Shown one piece after another: positions 26,480-40,048 of a DNA stretch of 64,000 bases (positions are counted from its first letter, which is position 1; each line of letters begins with the position of its first letter). The position numbers and the translations under genes are program-made. Below the pieces are notes generated by a model. The model had not been told where the DNA came from. It did no database searches and worked only from the letters and a program-made list of their open reading frames with translations. The DNA is from the human T2T-CHM13v2.0 reference genome, Homo sapiens: assembly GCF_009914755.1 (NCBI RefSeq), contig NC_060942.1; one strand, 5' to 3'.

Positions 26480-27300
26480 ATTTTCAAGTAACTTTCTAAA
26501 GAATTTGCTGAGGGTGATTTTTTGAGATCTTGCATGTTTGAAAATAGCTCAATCAATTCTTCATACGTGATTGATAGTTTGGTTGTGAACAGAATTCTAA
26601 GATACAAATAATTTCACTTGAGAGGTTGGAGGGAATTGCCCTCTCGTCTTCTGGCGTTCAGCATTACTGTTGAGTCTTGCTGTTCTGATCTTATTCCTGT
26701 GTCTGCATCTCTTCTGCCTTTTTTTTTTCACCCAATATTTACAATCTCTTTTTACTTAAAATTCTCAAACTCTATAATGTTGTAATTGAGTGCATAGTTC
26801 CCCCATGCATTGCACTGTGTGGGCTCGTTCAATCTAGAGACACATTTATTAATTGGGAGAAAATTTCTTAGATATTTCTTTAATTTCTTTCTCTACTCCA
26901 GTTGTTCTGAACTTTCTCAAACATCTATTAGTTACATGGTAGTGCTTCCAAGTTGATTCTTCATGTTCTTTATTTTTCTCATATCTTTTTTTTGTTTTTA
27001 TCTCTTTGGAAGAAGCATCAAGCTTTATTCTTTAATACTTGTAATGATTTTTTCCCAACACTTTATAACAAAAATTTTCCAATTTAATTGAAAAAAAACC
27101 CTCTTGTCCTCTCATTGTTTAGTGTTTTTTTTTTACATTGTGTATTAAGGATGTACATTTTTTAATATCACTTTCTTCTGGAGTAATTTTCTTAATTTAT
27201 CTTTATCTCTTTTATTTAGAGGAATTCTCTAAATATCTCATGAGTCTTGTCTTATTAACTCACATTTAATATTGAGTGAATAAACAATAACTTGGCAATT
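26480..27300 (-). mobile_element. Ancient L1ME/HAL1-like ORF1-region relic
   Basis: T-rich; tgattgatagtttggttgtgaacagaattctaag and tcttctggcgttcagcattactgttgag resemble antisense old L1 ORF1. Confidence 0.6.
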
Positions 27301-27974
27301 CTGGCTGCATGGTTGTGACTTGTGAACAGGTGGGCTTTGCTTTTGAGTGTTTGGGCAGAGTAATGCTTCACTTGGGAAGTCCTAAATACCCTATTGATTA
27401 GGCTGTTCAAATTCCAGAGGGGAGAACCTTTTGTTTTATTAGTTTTATATGTTTAGTGGGGTACAGTCTTGTGCAGTTATCTGTATATAAGCAGAAGTAT
27501 ATGTATGAATATGTATATGTCTGTGTAACAGAGAATGTGTCTTAGGTGAGTTAGTTGATTTTTTTCTTTTTTTATTTGTACAAATTTATGGGGTATATGT
27601 GCAATCTAAACTTTCCCTTTTCCTACCCACTGTATTTACAATGCTGTAGACCAGGCTAAGTTGCATCCTTCTCCTTAGTTTTGGGTAAGTCTCATCAGAT
27701 TTTGACCAACTTCAACAGGCAGGCATCTTCAGTTTTGTTGTTGTTGTTGTTTTTCTGTTTCTCTCTCCTAGTCTCTCCATCATCAGGTTTATGCCTTGAT
27801 ATTCCTTCACTACAAGTTTACTGGAATGTTCCTAGAGATAGGGGATAAATGTGCGAAATTCCCCTGTTGCAAAACCAAGTGTTTGCCTGGGAAAAGTAAT
27901 CTTGGGTTTTGTACCTATTGTTATACCTTTATAGAAGGCCTAAATATTCATTTCCAGGAGATATGTCAGGGATG

Positions 27975-28720
27975 TGAGGGTCAGAATTTCCTGCTCAAGG
28001 CATGGCTGTGCCATCTGCTGTCTCAGTGAACTTGAGAAAGTTATTTAATCTATATGAGGATTAAATATTAATCAATATCTGAAGAATTACCTAGACAGTG
28101 ACTTGTACCTAACAGGTAATAATAAATAACTATAAGAACTTTCCCTAACATATTATTCTATGCAAGAAACTTCGTAAAATAGCTCATTTTGAATCTAGAC
28201 ACTTCAGAATTATTACACATCAGATCACATTAATAATTCATCTCCATGTTGTCAAGTCATAGAAGAAGAAACCAAATGTCCAGCTCTAGGGAAGCTTACA
28301 GTACAACCAGTCAACTTACTGTGACTTGGGCAAGTGTTATATCATCTAGTGCTCCTTCATGGAGACAATAATATCTGTTTCATAGGGTTTTCACTGGAGT
28401 TAAATATGTTCATACATACAAAGTGCATAAAAATGTACCTAGCAGAGAGAATCCTTCCAATGTGCATTGTTATTAGAATAATTGTTTTTATATTATTATT
28501 ATTTGACTTTCTGTGTAAGAATTTTACATGTATCATTTATTACCTTATCTTAGTCTTATAACATCCCTTTGAGAAAATACTATTATTATTATCTTACAGA
28601 TGAAGAAATGAGGCACAGAGTAGATAAACAATTTGTTCAAGGCAGCACAGCCAATTGGTGGTACAGGGAGGACTCAAGTCCAGGCACTCTTATTTCAGGA
28701 CCAGTATTAAGTCACCAAGA
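27975..28720. mobile_element. Cluster of three MIR fragments (two +, one -)
   Basis: gtgaacttgagaaagttatttaatct (+), ctgtgacttgggcaagt (+), and ttacagatgaagaaatgaggcacagagtagataaacaatttgttcaagg (-). Confidence 0.75.
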
Positions 28721-31344
28721 TAAACTATTTGAACAATAAAAGTACGATAATTAGGATAATACAAAGTACTACTCTAGCTTGGGTTTAGCCCCTGGGTAGG
28801 GTTCAGATTGATATAGAAAGGAGAGATAGTGGGACCACCAGGTTGGGTTAGTGCACAAGTCTGGCACTGATAATTATATTAAATGATAATGAATTCATCT
28901 ACTTGGAGATATCACCTTGAATTATTTTAAAAGAAAGAGAGTAAATGTTAATTCCTGATGAAGAAGTTTTTCCATATTAATAATAGGAATACTTCAAAAA
29001 TGAATTGAAGCTAAGTGTTGAATGTTAAGAATTTTTTTTTTACTTTTCTTAAGAATTGTGAAAAGTGCTGCAAGTACTGATAAAATGTACATTTCTTGAA
29101 ATCAGGAACCTCAAAAAATGTTGCTTACTGCATCTAATAGTTTAAAAAATTCTGCAATATTTCCACAATTGCCTCCATCTCCTTGTCTCGTAAGTGTTTT
29201 AGTTTTGTTTTCAGTGTTTTGTTTTCCTTTTTCCTCCCTCCATATTGACCTGGATATTTAGATATTTAACTTTAAAATCCATATGTTGTCGAGTTTCTTA
29301 GTATAGCTAAATGCAAATTCATCACATCCTCTGGTTTGATTTAGGGGAGCAAATTTAATTCTGCACTGTAAATAAAAATACTTTGAATATGTAATAGGAA
29401 TGCTACTTCTCTCTCCCCAGTCCTCATTGCAGACATTTAAGTTATTCATAGATGCTATTCCCGTAACACTTAAAATGATTATATCTATTGCCAACTCCTA
29501 TAAATTATTAACATCAAAGCAAGTGGTTCTCTGGCATACAATTTCAGCTTCCACAGAAAGAGGAAAACTTAGGGCGATTTAAATAGATTAAGGAAATTCA
29601 ATTGATAACATGGTCACTAGAAATTTCATCTTTGTTTACAAATGCTTTTCTTGTTTTTTTTTCTTACTTGTTCTTGTTCACAAGATGATCATAGAAAGGA
29701 AGGATTCTGTGAAGATTCCAAAGTTCAAGTGTGATATAGCTGAGTAAAGATTATTCCACCCAATCTTTCCTCACAGTTTTAAGTAATGAGGCAGCAGAGC
29801 CACCGCTCACTTAACAACATCTTGTAGTTATTAGTTTATTCAGCAAGGGCTTACAGACTGAATTTATAAAACAAGGATTTATTGAGTTCAAAGAAAGGAA
29901 TGATGAAGATAAATTGAGAGATGTCTAAATGAAATTAAAAATTATTACCTCCTCAGAATTCAGACAGTGGCTGGCTGTTGTATGCAATATCTAGTTAACA
30001 ATGTCAGGAATTAAAGGTATGCAACTTGATAAAGATGGATGTCTTACTTTTGTGGATACAACTTAGGCAGTTTAGAATAAATATTGTAATAATTGATCTT
30101 TCTGAATGATGTGCAAGTGCTAAATGACACTTGATCTATGGTATCAACTTCCTGCCGTTGGCACTGATAAATGGTCCTCACGTCTTTCCTGATAAAAACA
30201 TGGTCAAGCTTCAGTTAGACATATCAAGGTGCATCAAATAAAGTTGCATATAAATGGGTGGGAGACTCCATTACGACCATTTTAATATTAGCCCAGACTA
30301 AAACCATTTCTGCCACATATGCTGACAGTAGAAAGATATTGCAGATGAATGATGTTCAGATTACTCTGTCATAGTAAAGATCGGGGGAAGGGAAGTCAAG
30401 GTCCCCTGTTTCACAGCAGCTGCCTGGTTACCTCAGTAAGTACAAAGCAGCTTCGAAAAGGTTATTAATAGCCGTATTGACATTCTGATTGAAAGTAATT
30501 TTTCAGCAGGCTTGGGTATAATTCAGTAGAGATTTTATTGGCTCTCGACCAGCAATTTCAAAGAAATACTTCAATTAGTAATGTAATAATCTGTCTGTAG
30601 TTAAGGTGTATTTAGGAAATGTATGCCTCAGCTCAGATTGGAATTGTGTTATAAATAAGAGTCTGCCTGTTTGTTTGGAACAGGGTTATTGTGACTCTAC
30701 AAGCTATAAGGGTAAAAAGAAATAGTATTAGGTACTTAAGTAGATCAGAGTACATTGGCTGAATCTTTGGTGCCCAGACTTACTACAAGCCAGCTTTTAA
30801 TTTTCTAGGCTGCATTTAAAACACAAAGTCTTCTACTAGACTTTTGTTTTTGTTTTGCTCAAAATTCAAAAATTCATTACTCTTTTTATGTTTCTGTCTT
30901 TTTTATTATTTTGGAGTAATAAATATTTATTTGTTCTTATGATGAAGCACTGATTCATAGATTGATGAAACTCATGAATAGATATTTTTCAATAGAAAGG
31001 CAATCCAGAGTTTTGGAAACAGAAATTCAAAGTGAGTTCCTATGGGAAATGCAATTCCTAATTTTATTGTTATTTTTAAGGCCAATGCTTTCTCTGGTAA
31101 TTAATTTTAGCTGCTGCACATCAGTGTAACTTTTGTATCCCCTATGTTTTACCATATTAATAATAGTGTCCCTAATGTGAAAAAGAGTTACACGAATTAA
31201 GTTCAACTTAATAAAGGAATGTTAATTTGCATTACCCTTGGAATAAAGGGACCTGGATTAAATGGAGAAGAGTTGGCAGAAAGGGAAACTTCTATTTTTC
31301 TGTAGTTTCTGTGTGTTTTTTACCATGTATGTGTACTGATTTTT

Positions 31345-32180
31345 TTAAGTACAGTATCATTAAAATCTCACAAAGTAAACATCCCCAGGTAAACATCATC
31401 CAGATTAAGAAAGTGAACATTTCCCAAGCCAGAATTTTCCTGTGTTCCCCCTGCAGTTACTACCTCCCTAACTACTCTTCTGACTTCATGTAGCAGACAA
31501 GAGTTGTGCCTCTTCTTAAAAACTAAATATTAATGGAGTTATACAGTGTGTGCTCTATGATGTCTGGCTACTTTTGTTCAGCATTGTAAGGCTCGTTGAT
31601 CTTGTTGCACATAGTTGTAAATCATTCAGTTATCCTTGCTGTAGGATATTCTGTTGTAGGGATGCATTTATTCATTCAATTGTTGATAGGCAGTTAGAAA
31701 CTTCAAGTTTGTGGCTATTGATAATTGTGCTGCTTTGAGTATTCTAGGACATGCTTTACTGGTAAACATATGCACAGATTTCTAATGGGTATATCACCAG
31801 GACTGGAACTATGGAGTGGTGCAGTATGTCCATATTCAGTTTTACTAGGTATTTTCAAAGAGTTTCCCAAAATGGTTGTACTTGCATAGACTTTTACCAG
31901 CAATGTATAAGAATTCTGATTATTTTATATTCTCAATAATACCTGACATTGTTTGTCTTTTATTAGCCATTGGGTATCCTATTTATTAGCAACTTTTGCC
32001 TGTTTATTCGTGTTACATTGTCTTTTTATTGATGTATAAGTACTTTAAATACTCTGGACATGAAGTTTTTGTTGTATATATGTATTTAAAATATTTTCTT
32101 CTAGTTGATGGGTTGCCTAGGGTCTCTCTTAATTGTTTCGTATAATAAACAGAAATCCTTAAATTTAATATAGTCAAAAC
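31345..32180 (-). mobile_element. Old L1ME-like 3' region
   Basis: aatggagttatacagtgtgtgctctatgatgtctggctacttttgttcagcat and ttttcaaagagtttcccaaaatggttgtac. Confidence 0.8.
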
Positions 32181-32886
32181 AGATAGGAGATAAGAGGCCA
32201 TCTGCAACCCCTTCACTCTCTACAGGGGATTACTTATAAGAAGGATGGTTGCAATCAAACTTCCCTGTAAACAAATTAGGGACTATATACCAGAACCTTC
32301 ATGCTAGTGACATTCTTGGCAGAAAGATAGAGTCCTATCCACAAAATCATTTAGTAGTAGAATGTACGTGGTCTCGCTGATTATGCATTGAAAATCATCC
32401 TGAAAATTATGGACTTATGATACATAGCATTGCTGGCTGGATAATGGAGACTGCTCATTTAGGTTGTATAACCAACAGTAGGTAACATGAAATTAATCTA
32501 AAACCAGAATGACTCTCTTTGTGTAAGTAATGTTTCCACATAAATTGCAGAAGGGTAAGGATATTTTAGGGACTGCCTGAGACTTCTCCAGGAAAATAAA
32601 CTAAGATAAAATGTATACACAAACTAATTTTCCATGCAAAATTTTATTATATCAACGGTTCTGTGTTTCCTATACATGTTTCTTAATTCTCCCCTTGCTT
32701 TTTACAAATTTGACGTCACCGTAGGGGCATTGTGTCAATATTTAATGGAGATGGAGATGGAATATTTATATCAATATTCAATATTTGACCTAGGACATGG
32801 AATTTTTACTTTCTGTAACAGACTTACTGAATAAACAAAAATATTAACATAATTTGATAATATTAGTTTAATTTCAGGTGGCTTTT

Positions 32887-35247
32887 ACTCTTTTTTTATG
32901 GATTTAAGGGTACAAGTGCAGTTGTGTTACATGGATGTACTGCATAGTGTTGAAGTTTGGGCTTTAGTGTACCCATCACCCAAATAGTGTGCATTATATG
33001 CAATAGACTAGTATTTCATCCATCATCCCCTTTCCATTCTCTCACCTTTTGGAGTTCCCAGAGTCTATTGTTCCACTATGTAGGGCCGTGTGTACCCATT
33101 GCTTAGCTCCGACTTACAAGTGAGAACATGCAGTTTTTCACTTTCTGTTTCTGAATCATTTCACTTAATATAGCTCCATCCTTGTTGCTGCAAGAGACAT
33201 GCTTTTATTCTTTTTTATGGCTGAGTAGTACTCTACAGTGTGTGTGTGTGTGTTTGTGTGTGTGTGCATGTATACACACACATTTTAATGTAATCATCTG
33301 TTGCTGGACACTTAGATTGATTCCATGACTTTGCTATTGTGACTATTGCTGGAATAAACATATGTGTGCAGATACCATTTTCATTAAATGATTTATTTTC
33401 CTTTGGGTAGATAGCCAGTAGTGGAATTGCTGTATCAAATGGTAGTTCTATTTTTAGTTCTTTGAGAGCTCTCCATATTGTTTTCCACAGAGATTGTACT
33501 AATTTACACTCCCACCAACAAAGTATGTGTTCCCTTTTTACCATATCCTTGCCAATATCTATTGTTTTTTGACTTTTTAATAAGAGCCATTCTGACTGAT
33601 GTGAGATGGTATCTCATTGTGATTTTAATTTTCATTTCTTTGATGAATAGTGATGTTGAGCATTTTTTCATATGTGTTGGCCACTTGTATGTTTTCTTTC
33701 GAAAAATGTCTGTTCATGCCGTTTGCCCACTTTCTAATGGGGCTATTTGTATTTTTCTTGTTGAGTTGTTTGAGTTTCTTGTAGATTCTGGATATCAACC
33801 CTTTGTCACATGCATAGTTTGAAAATATTGTCTCCATTTTTTAGATTGTCTGTGTTCCCTGTTGATCATTTTGTTTGCTGTGCAGAAGGCTTCTCATTTA
33901 ATTTTAAGCCCAATTTGTCTTTTTTTTCAGTTGTGAATAGTGCTGTGATAAACATATGTGTGCAGGTGTCTTTTTGATAAAATGAATTATTTTCCTTTGA
34001 GTAGATACTTAATAGTGGGATTGCTGGGTTTAATGAAAGTTCTATTTTTAGTTCTTTAAGAAATTTCTATATTGTTTTCTATAAGGTTGTACTAATTTTT
34101 ATTCCCACCAACAGTGTATAAGCAATCTGTTTTCTCCACATCTGTACCAACATCTATTATGTTTTGACTTTTTAATAATAGCCATTCTGACTGGTGTAAT
34201 ATTGCATCTCAATGTGGTTTCAATTTGCATTTCTCTGATGATTAATTAATAATGTTGGGCGTCTTTTTACATGTTTGTTGGCTACTTGCATGTCTTCTTT
34301 TGAGAAATGTCTGTTCATATCCTTTGCCCTTTTTTATTGGGGTTATTGGTTTTGTTTTTATTTTGTTGTTGTTGTTGATTTGTTTAGGTTTCTTATAGAT
34401 TTTGGATATCAGTCCTTTGTTGAATGCATAGTTCGCAAATATCTCCTTCCATTCTGTAGGTTGTATGTTCACTCTGTTGGTTGTTTATTTTGTTTTCCAG
34501 AAGCTTTTTAGTTGAATTAAGTCTCATTTTTCTATTTTTGTTCTCGGTGTATTTCCTTTTGAGAACTTAGTCATAAATTCTTTGCTGACAACAAAGTTCT
34601 GAAGAGCTCTTTTGGGGTTTTCCTCTAGGATTTTTATAATTTCAGGTCTTATACTTAAGTCTTTAATTGAGTTAATTTTTGTATATGGTGAGAGATGGGG
34701 GTCTGGTTTCCTTGTTCTGCATAAGGCTCTCCAACTTTCTCAGCACCATTTATTAACTAGGGAGTCCTTTCCTTAGGGTATTTATTTATTTATTTTTACT
34801 TTGTCAAAGATCAGTTGGTTGTAGTTATGTGGCTTTGTTTCTGGGTTCTCTATTTTGTTCCATTGCCTATGTGTCTCTTTTTATACCAGTACCATCCTGT
34901 TTTGGCTATTATAGCCTTGCAATATAATTTGAAGTCAGGTAATGTGATACCTCCAGCTTTATTCTTTTTGCTTAGGATGGTTTGGCTATTTGGGCTCTTT
35001 TTTGGTTCCATATGAATTTTAGGATAGTTCTTTTCCAGTTCTGTGAAAAATGGAACCGGTAATTTGACAGGCATTGCATTGCTGTAGATTTCTTTGGGCA
35101 CTATGGCCATTTTAATGATATTGATGGTTTCAATTTATGAGTATGGTATATTTTTCCATTTGTTAGTGCCATCTAGGATTTCTTTCATTAATGTTTTGTA
35201 GTTATCCTTGTAGAAACCTTTCACCTCCTTGGTTAAGTATATTCCTT
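32887..35247 (-). mobile_element. L1PB4-like element, 5'-truncated, with internal duplication
   Basis: 3' end atggatttaaggggtacaagtgcagttgtgttacatgg. ORF-track peptides are L1 ORF2 relics ([18 protein letters not shown]; [18 protein letters not shown]). Flanked by the direct repeat ggtggcttt. Confidence 0.95.
33238..33266. repeat. (TG)n microsatellite inside the L1
   Basis: Interrupted TG run read directly. Confidence 0.9.
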
Positions 35248-37497
35248 GGTGGCTTTAAATGCAATAGAGGTTCAGGAAACAAGATAATCACAGGACCAGG
35301 AAATTTGAAAAGACTCAAGGAAAACAAATGATCTCATCTAGTATTTATTTTGGAAACTAAAACTGATAGGTAGTTTGGAATGGGATATGAAGGGTTTAAA
35401 AACTAGGCAGTGGAATTGACCTTTGTGAAATATCACCTGTTCTGGTGCTTTTTGTCAAGCTTACCCTAAATCATAACAGAAATACAGTAACTATGTCTTT
35501 TTTTCTTTCTTATTTGAAGAATAATAGAAAGGAGAAAAAATTTGGATATCCTACTTGCTATTAATAAAACAATATATACTAACTTTTACATTACCTGAAA
35601 CATGACCTAATATTTTAAACCTTTAATATTAACTTTATGCATAATGCTTGTCTTAATTGGGAATGATTATTTTGAAAACAGTACATTACATATGTATCAT
35701 TTAAACCTCACATGTTTCACTTACAAAGGCCATAACTGTGAACATAATTTTATGATTCTATCAGGCTTTATAAATCACAAACAAATACATACAAATAGTG
35801 CTAATGCATTGTGTTGGTAATTTAATATAATACAAAACTTGTTTGAAAAAATTGAGAAATGAATCTTTGCCTTGACACATCTTATATTATCCCCATTTAA
35901 CATTATTTGACTTTGTTAAACTTGTTAATGGTAAATAAATAGACCACAATTAATGGTTAAACTATTGATAAATGTCTAAATGAGAGAAATTCTTTGTAAT
36001 TTTTTCAAAGCAAAACCTATTTTTACGTAAAAAGCATGTAGTTGTTAAATTTAAAATTTTGTTATATAGTTTTTAATGAAACCCCACTTTCAAGTCTAGA
36101 TGGGACACCTCATTTCATATGGAAGTTAAATGCAATACCTACAGGCATATTCAATAGTTTTTCACAAAGCACTTTGTGATTTATATTTATTTTCCAAAAA
36201 TATACTTCAATGAAGGCCTAATACTCTCTATCACACATATGTACGGCATTATCTTAGCCTAGGAGATATTTTGGGTGGAAATAGTTAAATGCCTGTCTTT
36301 ATCACAAAGAAAGCTTAAATGGTACCTCAAGAACATGCTCATGTGAAACCTCAAATCAATGAGTTAACCAGGGTAAGTTAGCCACAAAATGCATCCTCTG
36401 ACAATTAAATCGTTGAGTAGAATTGCTTACTATAATCAAGCCGGATACAGGAGAAATGTGTACCAAAGATGCCGACTTTTTCAGACTTTAGTTTATTATG
36501 AGCTCTGTTTTCTGATATTAAACAAAAAATTTAGCTGCTTCTTTTTAACTATTAAACTATAAAATATGTTATTAATTATACATAAATAATTGTAATATGT
36601 AAATAAGAAAAAATATTTCAGCAGTGCAGAAGCAAGACTCTTTTCTCTAAATTTATTTCACAGAGATAATTGATAAGTATTTCTATTATTATTTCTTTTG
36701 TGGGTGGTCATTGTAATGTTAAAAATAACATATCCTACTTTTATTTCAGAATTTATGAAGCTGAGGAAATAACTGCACTTATATTGCCTTCATGCTTTTT
36801 ATTTTACCACTACCTGACTGTGATACATATATAATTTTAATTCATTTTTAAAGTTACTTTTATAACTTGAGATGCTATATGCTTGAATTTGTATTTCTCA
36901 GTTCATCATTTTGACCCTGTATTATGAGTAAATTAGTAGATCTACACTCCTCTCCACTTATTTTTCTTTTTTTTGTCAGTTCTGCCATTGCTTTTATGGA
37001 GTCACACTATTAATCATTTGCATTCTAGTCTTAAGCGTTCCGTTTTGCCAATGAGATGACTCTAAAAAATAAAAAGCCCTAAAAATTTTATGGTTATAAT
37101 TTACTGCATATTTTTCATTTTATCATTAGTATACATTATTGTTTTCAAAATATTTTAATTTATATGCATTTACAAAATACATCCCTTACCTTACAATATG
37201 AGAGCTTCTGATACCAGCAGGAACGACACAAACACCTAAACATTCGTGGGCTGAATTCTAGTTGAGAAAGAGTTTTGTACACACTTAACATAAATAAAAT
37301 TTACTTTAAGAATTGAATTCTAAATTTATATAATAAGTAAAGACTTGGAATATGTCCTTCAAAAGACATGTTAGCAGTTGGAAAGAAACAACCTGTTGGG
37401 TTAATGTTTCCATTTACTTTTTCTGGAAGTGAAAGAACAGATGGTTTTACAATGATCATTGTTATTTGCCAATATAGTAACTTGAATAAAGGGTCTG

Positions 37498-37500
<3 letters not shown>

Positions 37501-37546
<46 letters not shown>

Positions 37547-37555
37547 TGTGTGTGT
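37501..37555. repeat. (TG)n microsatellite, ~27 units with one TA interruption
   Basis: Read directly. Confidence 0.98.
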
Positions 37556-37913
37556 TTAGTCTGTTCAGGCTACTATAATAAAAATACCCATAGACTGAAT
37601 GGCTTGACTAGAAAATATTTATTTCTCATAATTTTGAAGACTGGAAGTCCAAGACAGAGGCACTACCAGATTCAGTGTCTGACGGGGCCTGGTTTCTGGC
37701 TCATACCTGGCTTTCTTCTTGCAGTGTCCTCACACGACAGAAAGGAGTAAGAGCTCTCTGGGATCCCTTTTATAAGGGCACTAATCCCATACATGAGGCT
37801 TCACCCTCATGACCTAATCACCTTTCAAGAGCCTCACTTCCTAATACCATGACCTTGGAGGTTAGAATTTCAACACATGAATTTGGGGACAACATAAACA
37901 TTCAGTCTATAAC
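37553..37913 (-). mobile_element. MLT1A0-like MaLR solo LTR
   Basis: ctggaagtccaag, ttttataagggcactaatccca, catgacctaatcacct and catgaatttgggg...aaacattcagtctataac. Confidence 0.93.
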
Positions 37914-38234
37914 TGTATGTGTGTGTGAAGGGGTGGGTTTGTGTGTTTGTATAGGCCAGGGGTTAGCCTCTTTGTCAATGAGAAGTTGGTGGGGATATAA
38001 GAACTATTGATCATTGAGAAGTTTATCTGTTGGTACCTAAATATACTCTGTCTGTGAAAATAAGTTTGGATCCCAAGGACTCTTCTCAGTAACTGGGGCA
38101 CACAGGTCAGTTGAAAAGAGGATGGTGATCGGGATAGGTTGTTACTATTATATTAAAAACTGGATGTTTTCATCCTAAGACAGAAATATACAGTCATCAG
38201 AAATTTTGTAATTACTCAACAGGAATGTTTATGT

Positions 38235-38390
38235 TTAGTCTGCTGCTTACTAGATATGTGACCTGGGACAATTTACTTAATGTTTCTGGGCCTCAAAAAT
38301 CCCATCTGGAAAATAGGGATAATAACAGTCCTGATGACATAGGGTTGTGAAAAAATTAAATTACAACAGTATATGGCACATTGAAATGAA
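38235..38390 (+). mobile_element. MIR
   Basis: cttactagatatgtgacctgggacaatttacttaatgtttctgggcctca...catctggaaaatagggataataa. Confidence 0.85.
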
Positions 38391-38719
38391 TAATTATGTA
38401 TTATGTTCATCTGGAAATACAGTTCAGCTACTAAGAATGACTCTGACTTTATAATGTAAGAGAGATTCTTAATTGTTTTTATAATAGTGATTTTTTAGCA
38501 ATTTAACATCCCTTAAATAATTTTAGTCTAGAAATCTTTATCAATGTAATAAATATAACCTTTGAATTATGTATTTTTTCTACTACATAAAGACAATTAT
38601 ATATTTTTTAAAGAAATAATCCCCCTTCCCCCTTTTTTAAGTTCAAGTTCATCTCCTGGCACAGTATTTGCATCAAAATCATGCAAAAATAGTGCAGTCT
38701 AGTAATCAATAGTTTAGGC

Positions 38720-38900
38720 TTTAGAATAATAGTAATATTTATTACAATGCTGTGGTTTGCTGACTAGCTTGGTGATCTAAGATATTAAACTTTCTGTGAC
38801 TCAAATTCCTCATATACAAGTTAAGATAAAAACTGGCCACCTTATAGAACAGTTTTGAGGATTAAATGAAATAATATCTGTAATAAACTATACATCTTAC
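38720..38900 (+). mobile_element. MIR
   Basis: tttctgtgactcaaattcctcat...ttttgaggattaaatgaaataat. Confidence 0.7.
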
Positions 38901-39441
38901 TTTGAGCATAGAAAAAACACAAAAAATGATGGTTTTGAAATCATTAATAGGGACCAGCCCCACTGTAGTATTCACATTACTGTAAAATACCTGGATAAAC
39001 TAGACATGCAAATATACATTAACTACCTTAGGGTACTATGAGAGTTTTAGTCTAGGAGGGAGGATATGGCTCGTGACCTGAAGAGAAAGGTATTAAAAAT
39101 TTAGAAAATGCAACTCTCTCATTTGAATTACTTCATATTCTCCATGTCAACATGTTCCATCTCTAATAAACTATATAAAGGTTACATTAAATGAATCACA
39201 GAGAAGACTGTGTGGAGCATATTTCAGACTTTGTAAAGAGTTTTATCCAACTGTAACCTTTGCAGTAGTGATATCTAAAGTGTCAAATGAATTGAAGGAG
39301 ATATAAAAATGTAGACATTGAACAACTACTTTAACAGAGCTAGATCAATTTGCATCCAAACTTCACGTAAAATAAAGCATTCTTGTGCAGTTTGCCTGTC
39401 AGCACATTGACATTGCAATCCTGGTTTATTTCTATGCATGC

Positions 39442-39444
<3 letters not shown>

Positions 39445-39474
<30 letters not shown>
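39445..39474. repeat. (TG)n microsatellite, ~15 units
   Basis: Read directly. Confidence 0.95.
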
Positions 39475-39475
<1 letters not shown>

Positions 39476-39554
39476 ATTATGTTTTTTAAAGATGATCAAT
39501 ATTACTAGATAAAATTTAAAAGCTAGGACTGCTAAATATAAAAGTAAATGCATT

Positions 39555-39835
39555 GGCAGGGTGCGATGGCTCATGCCTATAATTCCAGCACTTTGGGAGG
39601 CTGATATGGGCGGATCACTTGAGGTCAGGAGTTTGAGACCAGCCTAGTCAATATGGTGAAACCCTGTGTCTACTAAAAATACAAAAATTAGACGGGTGTG
39701 ATGGCAGATGCCTGTAATCACAGTTACCTGGGAGGTTGAGCCACGAGAATCGCAGAGGTTGCAGTGAGCTGAGATTATGCCACTGCACTCCATCCTGCAT
39801 AACAGAGAAAGACTCCATCCTAAAAAAAAAAAAAA
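39555..39835 (+). mobile_element. AluS (Sx/Sz-like)
   Basis: Dimer with poly-A. About 15 bp of the right arm (ttgaacccgggaggc) are deleted at ~39752. Confidence 0.96.
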
Positions 39836-39839
39836 GTAA

Positions 39840-39938
39840 GGGAGGCCGAGGCGGGCAGATCACGAGGTCAGGAGATTGAGGCCATCCTGGCTAACACAGT
39901 GAAACCCCGTCTCTACTAAAAATACAAAAAAAAAAAAA
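39840..39938 (+). mobile_element. Partial Alu left monomer, AluY/Sc-like
   Basis: gggaggccgaggcgggcagatcacgaggtcaggagattgaggccatcctggctaacac...ctaaaaatac, then an A run. Confidence 0.93.
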
Positions 39939-40048
39939 GTACATAGTATTAAAATATGTATATATTTAGAAGGTGTAATCACACGGTAGAGATAGTATAA
40001 ATACATAAAAATAAGCAAGATGGTACTTTTCTTCTATGTGTTTATGAA

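Noticed and set aside
32180-32620. Unique-looking segment between two L1s as a processed pseudogene
   Set aside because: No sustained reading frame, poly-A or TSD that I could recognise.
33233-35110. L1 ORF2-like peptides as an active retroelement
   Set aside because: Fragmented by stops and frameshifts, and 5'-truncated; a fossil.
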